From NCBI GenBank assembly GCA_002269645.1, contig NIVC01001853.1, positions 124,001 to 188,000 on the forward strand: a stretch of DNA of 64,000 nt, read 5' to 3'. Below are positions 42,347 through 53,245 of this stretch, piece after piece. The stretch comes from Macrostomum lignano. Lineage: Eukaryota. The notes under the pieces were generated by a model. The model ran no database searches. It was not told the DNA's origin and saw nothing but the letters and a program-made list of their open reading frames with translations. Within the stretch, counting starts at the first letter, position 1, and each line of letters opens with the position of its first letter. The position numbers and the translations under genes were made by a program.

Positions 42347-42649
42347 CAATAATAATAATGATTACACCTGCCCCAATCGGGCCAGATGTGCAACCGACAG
42401 CTCAGCCACAGCTATTGCGCGGCGCATCTGAAGGCTGCGTACGGCTGTTCAGTCCAAGGACTTTGGGGGACGGGGTCGCCACACACACCCTCAATTACCC
42501 CAGCTAATGCTGGCACCCATTTTACAAGTGGGTGAAATGCAGAGTTAAGTGTCTTGCTCAGGGACACAAATTGTTCCAGTGGGATTTGGAATAGAACCCC
42601 CGACCTTCAAGTCGTGAGTCCGACGCTCTAACCGCTCGGCTACAACCCC
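42347..42649 (-). mobile_element. tRNA-derived SINE
   Basis: The minus strand starts GGGGTTGTAGCCGAGCGG (A box) ... GGTTCTATTCC (B-box-like). The body has TGTGTCCCTGAGCAAGACACTT and GTAAAATGGGTGCC, recalled as typical of metazoan SINE cores. It ends in an (ATT)n tail at 42347-42360. Confidence 0.75.
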
Positions 42650-43399
42650 TTGACTCAACCTAGCTGAAATACTGATAATGAATAATCCATCTCGTGCCAT
42701 AGCAACCTGATAATTTATTGTGAAACCCTTGCGTATTTATTTTCTGAACTCTGCCGTTGTCAGGGAAGCCGATCCCCCTCCAGCGGCAGGGGACAAGACG
42801 ATCAAGCATCTATAAATATAATAGACAGCCTCGGCCCCCGAGCTCTGCTGAGTAGCTAGTCTTTCAAATATTCAAAGTTTGTTTAGTCATTTGTGCTCAA
42901 AGCACGGAAGCATTCTACTTGCGATGATTGCAAGCCATTTGAAGTGCGGCTGGAACATTGGACAACGTCAAAACCGCTGGATGACACAAAGGGAAAACTT
43001 GTAAAAGCTGGAGATCAAAGAGGGTCTTTACAGTTGGCGCCCGGATAGTTGGCGCCCTCAGTTGGCGCCCTCAGTTGGCGCTCCCCAAAGGAAGGTCATC
43101 CATCACAGCCATTGCGTCGCGAATGCATGTTAAGTTTTGATGTCAATAATTTTCCGGGTTTTTATTTTGCATTCAACTTTCTTTGATTTTCTCGCAGCTT
43201 CACACCGAAGCGAGATCAGCAGATGAGGCTTCAGACGCTGCCTCCGCAAGCCCACCAGGTAGGAGAAGAACGGGGCGGTGGCGCCGATCTGATTCTGGCG
43301 CAGGTGGCGCAACACAGCACTGACAGGGCACCAGGAATTGGTTGGTATTGGACCGCTGCAGCTGCGGCACCAGCCCCAGATGGAGATGGACAGATGAGA

Positions 43400-43855
43400 G
43401 CCTGAGAAGTAGATACAGATGCAGCTGAGATGCGGGAGAGGCTGAGAAGTAGATAGAGACGCAGCTGAGATGTGGGAGAAGCTGAGAAGTAGATAGAGAC
43501 GCAGCTGAGATGCGGGAGAGGCTGACAAGTAGATAGAGATGCAGCTGAGATGCGAGAGAGGCTGACAAGTAGATAGAGATGCAGCTGAGATGCGGGAGAG
43601 GCTGAGAAGTAGATAGAGACGCAGCTGAGATACGGGAGAAGCTGAGAAGTAGATAGAGATGCAGCTGAGATGCGGGAGAAGCTGAGAAGTAGATAGGGGT
43701 GCAGCTGAGAAGCGGTAGAGGCTGAGAAGTAGATAGAGACGCAGCTGAGATGCGGGAGAGGCTGAGAAGTAGATAGAGGTGCAGCTGAGATGCGAGAGAG
43801 GCTGACAAGTAGATAGAGACGCAGCTGAGATGTAGTAGAAGATGAGAAGTAGATA
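43400..43855. repeat. 40-bp minisatellite (GCAGCTGAGATGCGGGAGAGGCTGAGAAGTAGATAGAGAC)
   Basis: Direct tandem units. Confidence 0.9.
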
Positions 43856-44569
43856 AATGCATACATGCATTCATAGATATACTTACCTACGTATATATTT
43901 GCAGACACAAGTAGAAAAAATATAATTGTACAGTCATAACATGAATTTAAGTATTGGACCTCATATACTAGAGTGCATTGTTTAATAACATGAAGCAGCT
44001 AGACTGCACTACGTTGAGTTACATTGCATTAACAAAGTAACAATTTCGAATGCAACTGTAGTTGGAGATGAATGAAAAGCGAAAAGTTCCCAAAGTGGAG
44101 TCAGCCATGCAGTTTTGGTTGCTTTTCAAACAATTCCAATCGGCTGTCCTCAATCGGCTGGCAGGGGAAGCGTCGGAGCTGGCCCAGCTGCCTCCTACAG
44201 CAGGCCTTGTGTCTCAGATATTCCGGACCGGTAACATCTGAAGGAACTCTTTGCAAGGCACTACACGAGCCTTTGCTGACTCACGGAAGGTCCTCGATTT
44301 GTGTGCCTCGACTCCATGGCATTGTTGAGGCGGCTCTCGCTGTGGCGCTCAGTGGCTGAGCATCGGAAGCGGCTCGGCTCTAAGCTCTGAGTAAAAGTTG
44401 GGTGGCAGATGAGACATGCATTCCAATAAGGCTCGTTCATTGCTTCCAATTTCTGGTTGCGAATGATGCAGATGAATGATGCTGGATTGCAGATTTGTTC
44501 GGGTTTGAGCACTGTTTCTGAGAAGCATTCTCAGCTTTCGATTGAAGCAGCGTTGCTATAGAAATTGAT

Positions 44570-44850
44570 TTCCTTAGCAACCGGATCAGCTTGATGGTTT
44601 CCTTAGCAACCGGATCAGCTTTATGATTTCCTTAGCAACCGGATGAGCTTGATGGTTTCCTTAGCAACCGGATGAGCTTGATGGTTTCCTTAGCAACCGG
44701 ATAAGCTTGATGGTTTCCTTAGCAACCGGATCAGCTTGATGGTTTTCTTAGCAAACGGATCAGCTTGATGATTTACTTAGCAAACGGATCAGCTTGATAG
44801 TTTCCTTAGCAACCGGATCAGCTTGATAAGCTTAATTCTCTTAGCAACTG
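44570..44850. repeat. 29-bp minisatellite (GATGGTTTCCTTAGCAACCGGATCAGCTT)
   Basis: Direct tandem units. Confidence 0.9.
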
Positions 44851-44869
44851 GGCTAATTGAAAAACCCAA

Positions 44870-45880
44870 GGCTGATCAAGCCTTGACAATGGGAAAACCT
44901 CATCCTCAACTGCCGGACAGCCTCAGCTAGTCTCTCAAGCCTTCTGTCATCACCAGGACGTCGTCGGCATCTTCAACTGATTAAACCATGTGACCTTGAT
45001 GCAAATTTCTTGATTTTCGCCGATCAAGCCTCGACAGAGAGCAAGCCTCAACTTTTGGACACCCTCAGCTGGTCTCTCGAGCATTCCGTCACCACCCCGA
45101 CACGGTCGGCACTTTCAACAGGTGGCATCAGATGACTATGGACATCCTTTTGCAACTATGTCAGGTTTTTCTTATTAAGCTTCAATAATGGGCAATTTGT
45201 AACTCCTAGTTATTCTCAGCTAGAGTCCCAAACAGTGTATAATCACCCGACGTGATTATGTTAACATGATGAGGTAATTTGTTAATTGAACTAAATTGAA
45301 CCCAGTAATCACGAAAATAAAAGCACTAAAAATTACCAAATTTTTCTGTGTTGAATGGAGATCAAGTCACAATATACTAAATTTCCAATTATTCTGTCTT
45401 ATAAGTTACTAATTTTTTAAAGATAAAAAAATCACACTTCTTGGTGTCCATGGTCATGGTTTCGTCCCCTTAAAGGTGCCGATGGCGGGTGAATGACGAC
45501 AGAATGCTTGAGAAACCAGTTGAGGTTGCCTAGCAGTTAATGTTTGCCCATTATTGAAGCTTAATAAGAAAAACTTGATATAGTTGCGAAAGGATGTCCA
45601 TAGTCATCTGATGCCACCTGTTGAATGTGCCGACGGTGTCAGGGTGGTGACGGAATGCTCGAGAGACCAGCTGAGGATGTCCAAAAGTTGAGGCTTGCCC
45701 ACTGTAAAGGTTTGATCGGCGAAACTCGAGAAATTTGCATCAGGGTTATTATAGTCGCCTGGTGTCATCTGTTGAAGGTGCCGACGGCGACAGGGTGATG
45801 ACGGAATGCTCGATAGACTAGCTGAGGATACCTGTTGATAGCAGTTGAGGTTTGCCCACTATCGAGGCTTGATCAGCGAA
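44870..45880. mobile_element. Foldback-like element with long modular imperfect inverted repeats
   Basis: 44870-45200 is the imperfect reverse complement of 45545-45878 (e.g. GCTGATCAAGCC / GGCTTGATCAGC; CAACAGGTGGCATCAGATGACTATGGACATCC / GGATGTCCATAGTCATCTGATGCCACCTGTTG). Each arm is built of repeated ~150-bp subunits around an AT-rich centre. Confidence 0.7.
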
Positions 45881-47306
45881 ACAAGATAAATTAGCAACAG
45901 CGTGTGCATAGTTACTTGGTGCCACCACTTGAAGGTCTAGAAGCTCCGTCTGGGAGAAGGCCAGTGACCAACAAAGTCAGAGCTGATGCAGACACATGTG
46001 GTCGACGTGCTGATGAAATTTGGAGACTTGGCAAGGCTGCACTGAGGCGCAGTGCTGATTGGCGCACAGGGGGTGCACTGAATACACTGGCGCTTATGGG
46101 TAAAATCCGACCTTCTGGCAGAATTGTCGAATATCTCGACGGTCCGGAGGGCTGGCGACTTGATTCTTGTTTGAGAAGGTGCGCAACAAAAAGTTAGGCC
46201 GTGTTCTTGAATTTTGTGTGTCTGCGTTGCTCCGTTCCGGCGTAGCAACAAAAATTCGACGGGCGGAAAAATGGTTTGATATTCCTACTGTTAAAATATC
46301 AGAAAATTTTTAGCTTGCAGCACGTCAAAGGCAGCATTAAAAGCAAACATAGTGAGTTAAATGTATTTGCATATCGTAAAAAGCAAGCAAACATGCTAAA
46401 TATTATAAATTAAGGAACCTACGAGTACAACTACTGACAGTAGGGTTGAACGCATTTTATCATTTACGCTTGTTTTTAGTATGATCACTGGCACATGACA
46501 GCAATGGATCAAATAGCTGGGAGTCACTGAATATCAGGCTGGCAGTCGCTGCAGAGTACATGATAAAAGTATGTGATGAAAGTATGTGATGGAAGTACAT
46601 GATGAAAACATTCACATGTTAATTGTGCTGACATATTTAAGGACATAAAAATACATGTAAAATGTTTACCAGAAACTGTTTTGTTTTAAAACAAAATTTC
46701 TTAAAATCCACAAATGCTTACAAAATTCCGAATTCAACTCAAGCTGCTGCATCAAGTCTCTCCAGCTTCTCCCTGACCCAGCCGACTTTTCAATTTTCCA
46801 GGTTTATGCAGATAACTGCTACCTGTGCATTTGGCTTGAATATTTTAATAAAAAGCATTGGCAATTGGATATTGAAGTCCACAGAACAAAATCGCAGAGA
46901 AAAGCCCGCATCAAAGCAGACACACAGTTTGAATGGAAAAAGCAATTCAGCATGCAGTGTGAATTGAATTGCAGCACAAATGTGCAAAACTGCAGTTCAT
47001 AGCAGGAGGGCTGCTCGCACTCGATGGCTCTCGATGTGCTCATTTCCTAAAAAAGAAACTAAATCAGAAACAAAGAAAACGAAATCTTCTACAGATTAAT
47101 TGTCTGTACAATTAATCAAAAAACATTGTACAGACAATGATCTCAAAGAATAACTCAAAGCATTTTTTTGAATGAAAATCATTTTGCAAGCATAAAACCA
47201 TAAAAATTATAGAAATTTTCAAATCAACTGAATTCAAAAAACGAAAACCGGATAAAACCATCCGTAAAAGCACACAGTTATTGTGTCTGAGGACGAAGTC
47301 CTCAGG

Positions 47307-50300
47307 TCACTGCAGTCTCATCCGACTGAGCTTGGCGTGAGTCCAGCTGTCTCTCTGCTCCGCTGCAGTTTCCATGGCAACCAGGCGCCCCAAGTCGGCC
47401 CCGTCTCGCCGCAGCCTCGCCCTCGCCCACAGCCTCCGCTCCTCATCTTCCCTGCTGCGTTGAGCGCCGCTGTCGCTGCCGCTGCGGTTCGAAACTCGCC
47501 ACGACTTCTGCCTGACCCAGCCGATCTTCTCCTCGTCCTGCGTCTCCATGGCGACGCGTCTCTCTTTCTCGATCATCTCCATCTGCTGCAGGCTGAGCTC
47601 CACGTGCTCGCGGCAGTCGCTGTAGTGAGCCAGAGTGAGCAGCTCTTCCAAGTCCGGGCCTCCAAGCAGCTCATCCAAGCGCCGGTGCCTCTGCAGCTCC
47701 TCCAAGTCCGGGTCTCCAAGCAGCTCATCCAAGCGCCGGTGCCTCTGCAGCTCCTCCAAGTCCGGGTCTCCAAGCAGCTCCTCCAAGTCCGGGTCTCCAA
47801 GCAGCTCTTCCAAGTCCGGGTCTCCAAGCAGCTCTTCCGAGTCCGAGTCTCCAAGCAGCTCTTCCGAGTCCGAGTCTCCAAGCAGCTCTTCCGAGTCCGG
47901 GTCTCCAAGCAGCTCTTCCGAGTCCGGGTCTCCAAGCAGCTGTTCAATCCAATGATCAAATGCGATTGCAGGTGTGCGATTGCGGAGCAGCTCAGCTTGG
48001 AGACTCCAGCTCAGGCAGCGGAAGTTCACGTACAGGTGGGAGGAGAGAGGCTGCGACAGTCTGGCTGTGAACAGAGTCTGCGTGAACTCGGGAAGGAATG
48101 GGAATCGAGGCGGAGAGTCGCAGGGGAGGCAGAACCTCCACGCCCAGTCTGAGTCTTCTGGCAATTTAGTGGGGCCAAAATCAGTGTCTTTTTGAATATA
48201 ATCTGGCTCCAACCCTGACTCAACCTGATGTCTCTGCAGCTCCATCGCGAGTCTCTCAGCCTCCTCAGATTCTCCGAACTTCAAATGCGCCATGGCGGTC
48301 ATGCACAGGGCGGCGCACTTGCACCACTGCAGCTCATGCAGGAGACTGAGCTGCCTCATCAGGGTGTCTCTGTCGCTCGATTCCGACTGCAGCTCGCTCA
48401 CACACTGGTGCACCACACTGTACACGTCTGCGAACTTGTTAAGCCCATCGCTATCACTTCCTTTCCTGATCTCCGTGACAGCAGGCGGCGCTGTCAGAGA
48501 CAGCAGAGTGAACGGGTGAAAGTAGAACTTCTCTGACTGCAGAGGTCTCAGGAGACTCATCAGCTGCTCGACCACTCCGCCGATGTCGCTTCTCAGCTCA
48601 CAAAGTCGGTCTCGAACCCTCGCCTTCGTGTTGTCGAAGTCACCGCCGATTCCAGCGTTCTTGAAGTAGAGCGGAGCGTCGGGCATGAAGAAGTGCGGCA
48701 TGCACTCATCGGTCGAGCTGCTCGAGTTGATGAAGCTCAGCATCATGTCGAGAGACTCCTTGAGCAGAGCGATCAGATTGTCGGGCTCCCAAGCTGTTGT
48801 TAACCAACGATCTGTGCCATGCTTCTCCAGCATTGTGAAGAGCAGAGTCTTTGCATGGTAGGTCTTGAGTCCCGGTGTGTCCAGAGTAAGCGGCAAATGT
48901 CTCTTGAAGATGAACTTGATGAGTGTGAACAGCTGGCCCTGGACTGTGTCCAGCCGTCTCATGATGTCTTTCTCTTGGAAGCTGAAGCTCACTCTGAGCT
49001 CGTTGGTCGAGCTGGGTCTGGTCGCCCGAACGAGGTGAACTTTTTCATTATTATAAAAAACCTGTTTCCTATTTCCATCCACACAGAAACTGCTGCAGCA
49101 CTCGATCGCATGGCACGTGTCCTGTGCAGGCCGCACACCGCACGCCCTGGCTGTCACTGCAGGTTGGCTGCCTGCAGAGCGCAGTGAGCGGAGAGTCACA
49201 AATTGTGGCGAGTGAAATGCAATCGGAGCCTGTGAATTCATCATCAGCATTCTGATGATGAACCCAGCCTCACTCACCTGCTCCCACTACCACCTGTGCG
49301 TGGCCCTCCGTGACCTGCAGCCGAGTGGCGTCTCTGCATGAACCCTCTCCGTCGCAACCACCTTCCAGATGGAACTCTTGCCCAGCAACCAGCACAGTCC
49401 AGTCAATGTCCGAGTCTGCAGCTGTCCTGCCGTTCACTTGCACCAGACTGTTGGCCCAGCCCTCTGCGTAGCTGCCCGTCATCTGCCTGCCATCCTGTGT
49501 GAGGACTCGAGCGACATGTTGCAGCCAGTCAGCCAGTCTCTGCTGACGCTTTGCTCTCTGCCAGGTGAATCCCGCCTCGATGAGCAGTCGATGCAGCTCC
49601 TCGCTCAGGCGCCTGTCTTCGTGGAAGTTGTCTGAGAGCCTGGAATGAACCGAGATGCGTGTGGGTGATTTGCTCAGAGTTGGATGGACAGAACAAGCAG
49701 GACAGTTGAGAGTGCAGCTGCTGCAGCACTCAGACTGGCACCTCAAGCAGGAGAGCTGAGAGTGCAGCTGCTGCAGCACTCAGACTGGCATCTCAAGCAG
49801 GAGAGCTGAGAGTGCAGCTGTTGCAGCACTCAGACTGGCATCTCAAGCAGGAGAGCTGAGAGTGCAGCTGCTGCAGCACTCAGACTGGCATCTCAAGCAG
49901 GAGAGCTGAGAGTGCAGCTGCTGCAGCACTCAGACTGGCATCTCAAGCTTCGCTGCAATTTCTGCCCCAAGCTGCCAGCCTGTTGGAAGGCGCAATGCGG
50001 CAGTGAAAGCCAAACCGGTCAGACTCACCGATGGAGGCCCGAATCCAAGCGGTGAACAGCTCCCTGCCGGGCCTCTGGGCTTCTGTAACGAGTGAAGGAA
50101 AGCAAGGTTCTTACAACTATGCATGAAGCTGTTCACATGAGTATTCATATATTTTGCCGTTCTGTGGAAAGCAAAATTGTTTATTTTCCTGTGGGAGAGT
50201 ACAAACTGCAAATATATTTTCATTTGCGACTTTTCTTACCTCCTTTTTCCTTTCATTTTTTACAATTAATCGTGTATTTGCATGAAAATACTTTTACGCA

Positions 50301-51499
50301 ATTTTTACCATGAATTTTCTAACAACCTTGCAGAATTCTCGCCTCACTCACCCCGCTGCACTGAGATCCAGCAGCCGCAGCACCTGCCGCTGCTCAAATC
50401 GCTGTGCCACCTGCGCAAACGTCTGACCCCGACCGTCTCGATGACTCGCATCCGCTCCTCTGTCCATCAGAGCCTTGGCTGCTCGCACGTGACCGGCTTC
50501 GCACGCTCGTGACAGAGCAGTCCGACCCTGACTGTCTTCAGCACGCACTGACGCACCGAGATCGATGAGTTTCTCAATGAGCTCGTGATGACCTGCATCA
50601 GCTGCCAGCATGAGAGCAGTGGCTCCAGTGCTGTCTGGCAGATCGACATGCTCTGTGCTGAATCGCTCATCATTGATCAGTGTGACAGCAAGAGCGACGT
50701 GTCTTTGAGAGATGGAGAGACGGAGCAGCTGTGTGATGCGAGCTGGCTGCATTCGAGAGAGGGTGTCGGTGAGAACAGAGTTCCTGCCTTCGATGGCCAT
50801 TGCTGCAGTGAAGCTGAGGATGGAGCTGGATTGGAAGAGCCAGTCGGGCTCGCGGCCGAGGGAGGCAACGACATCTTCGTGAAGACGAGAGCAAGCCGCG
50901 TCTGCCCATTGAAAACTGAGATCCGGGTTTGAAAGACACGAAAGAAGGAACTTCACCACTTCTCGCTGATTCGAATCTGCGGCATATTCGGCAGCCTCGA
51001 TGCAGCACTGATCTCTTTTCGTTTGCTCAGCGATGATCGGCACGAGAAACTTGACGACTTCAAGGTAACCATTTGTTGCAGCATATTTGGCAGCCTCGAT
51101 GCAGCACTGATCTCTTTTTAATTGATCAGCGACTGTCGGCACGAGAAACCTCACGACATCCCAAACACGAGTGAATGCAGCAGATTCGGCATCGTCATTA
51201 CAGAAGTGATCTGTTTGTGTTTGCTCAGCGACTGTATGGACGAGAAACTCGATGATTTCCCAGTGACCCTTTAATGCAGCATATTTAGCGGCCTCGATGC
51301 AGCAGAGCTCTCTGTTTGTTTTGTCGGCGACGGCGTGCACGAGAATCTTGACGAGTTCCAAGCGACCTTTGGATGCAGCATCAGGTAAATATCTTTTGCA
51401 AAAATAAATTCGATTTTCTTCTATCTGATGGTTGAGATGATGCCTGAGTGCGTGGATATTTCCTGTGCTGGCAGCCTCATCAGCACTGATTACCGGCAT
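47307..51499 (-). CDS. Ankyrin-repeat + cGAS-like (Mab-21/cGLR) nucleotidyltransferase fusion gene, copy 2, intact, 1142 aa
   Basis: Exons 51499-50352, 50082-50029, 49639-49278 and 49171-47307 total 3429 nt in one open frame. An in-frame TAA lies 12 nt upstream of the ATG. Canonical ANK repeats (GATALMLAADAGH, GRTALSRACEAGH) and NTase motifs (GSYAEG, DSDID, QDTCH, LRVSFS, KTYHAKTLLF) are present. Confidence 0.88.
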
Positions 51500-51617
51500 T
51501 TGCCTTGGTTAGGCGGTGAGTGCTTGATCTAGAAAGAATATTTTTGCTTGTCACGAACGATTTATTGTTTTTTGTCGCTGTACTTCTTTAATCAACTTTA
51601 ACTGTCTGTGATTCTTG

Positions 51618-51850
51618 TCTGCTGTCAGAGTGGCAGATGTCAGTCACGGCTGCTGTCAGAGTGGCAGATGTCAGTCACGGCTGCTGTCAGAGTGGCAGAT
51701 GTCAGTCACGGCTGCTGTCAGAGTGGCAGATGTCAGTCACGGCTGCTGTCAGAGTGGCAGATGTCAGTCACGGCTGCTGTCAGAGTGGCAGATGTCAGTC
51801 ACGGCTGCTGTCAGAGTGGCAGATGTCAGTCACGGCTGCTGTCAGAGTAG
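51618..51850. repeat. 31-bp VNTR (CTGCTGTCAGAGTGGCAGATGTCAGTCACGG)
   Basis: About 7-8 units; ~3-4 units at the homologous site 63510-63620. Confidence 0.9.
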
Positions 51851-52559
51851 CAGGTGTTTCAAAGGTTTGTGCAGCCGGTTGCCAGAAAGTTTTTACCACC
51901 TCATCTCTCAGCTTCCCACCTTTTGAGTCTCTGGTGAGGCCGACCACCCCCTTTCACCGTAGAAACCGAAACTTCTCTCCTGAGAATGAGCGCTAGCCCG
52001 CCCCTCCCCCAAGCACTTACTTCAGGGGTCCCAGGATGGCCACGGAGAAGCTGTGGCTGCAGCGGCCATCCCAAGCTGTACTTGATGAAGCTGAGCTGAC
52101 CCACCCATTGTGCCTCAGTGCTGTCTGAGATCTTTTGAAGCATTCAATGGCCTACTGAGAGGTGCACAATGCTGCTCAATCCCTCAGTGCATCGGTTTCA
52201 GTGGGCGTTTAAATGTACGGGGTATTTGTGCGAGTGAGAAGGAAGAGAGGGAGAAGCAGGGGAGGAGAGAAAGAGGGAAGTTAACCAGCCTTTGTGAGTT
52301 TTTCTCTCCCACTCTGCCGCTGCACGGCATCTCAACTGCCGCAGCTTCAGCCAGTTGGTTGGCAAGCAGCTCGGCTCTCTGCCCCCCTCTCTCTGTCTCA
52401 CCTTCACTGCCGACCCGCCACTCCTTCCAGTGCGAATTGAGACAAAGGGCTCAGGTGCGCTGCTGGCGCCTCCGCGTTGATGCAATCAAGACGGCACCCG
52501 ACAGCAGAATGGCGTCCGGTTGCGTCCGGGACCGGCGCCTCTATTTATCGCCCAACGCC

Positions 52560-53245
52560 CAAGTGCTCAGGACCCCGCCCAAAGTGACAGATCACAGTGC
52601 TCAGATCCCAGCACACAGTGACAGATCACAGTGCTCAGGTCCCAGCACACCGTGACAGATCACAGTGCTCAGGTCCCAGCCAAAAGTGACAGATCACAGT
52701 GCTCAGGCCCCAGCCCAGAGTGACAGATCACAGTGCTTAGGTCCCAGCCCAGAGTGACAGATCACAGTGCTCAGGTCCCAGCCCAGAGTGACAGATCACA
52801 GTGCTCAGGTCCCAGCACACCGTGACAGATCACAGTGCTCAGGTCCCAGCCAAAAGTGACAGATCACAGTGCTCAGGCCCCAGCCCAGAGTGACAGATCA
52901 CAGTGCTTAGGTCCCAGCCCAGAGTGACAGATCACAGTGCTCAGGTCCCAGCCCAGAGTGACAGATCACAGTGCTCAGGTCCCAGCCCAGAGTGACAGAT
53001 CACAGTGCTCAGGTCCCAGCCCAGAGTGACAGATCTCAGTGCTCAGGTCCCAGCCCAGAGTCACAGATCACAGTGCTCAGGTCCCAGCCCAGAGTGACAG
53101 ATCACAGTGCTCAGGTCCCAGCCCAGAGTGACAGATCACAGTGCTCAGGTCCCAGCCCAGAGTGACAGATCACAGTGCTCAGGTCCCAGTCCAGAGTGAC
53201 AGATCACAGTGCTCAGGTCCCAGCCCAGAGTGACAGATCACAGTT
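52560..53245. repeat. 34-bp VNTR upstream of copy 2
   Basis: AGAGTGACAG recurs at 52921 and 52955; ~20 units. Confidence 0.95.

Noticed and set aside
42575-42649. tRNA gene
   Set aside because: The B-box/T-arm is degenerate, no acceptor stem closes, and it runs into a SINE core and tail.
47283-48152. Plus-strand ORFs opposite the cGLR and ANK exons (also 31201-31746, 59181-59783, 36392-36739, 50585-50932)
   Set aside because: Antisense shadows of GC-rich coding sequence. Their similarity between copies follows from the duplication.
49172-49277. MSEAGFIIRML... as the N-terminus of a stand-alone 656-aa protein
   Set aside because: The GTG start is the intron donor GTGAGT, and the segment is a 106-nt intron ending in CTGCAG.
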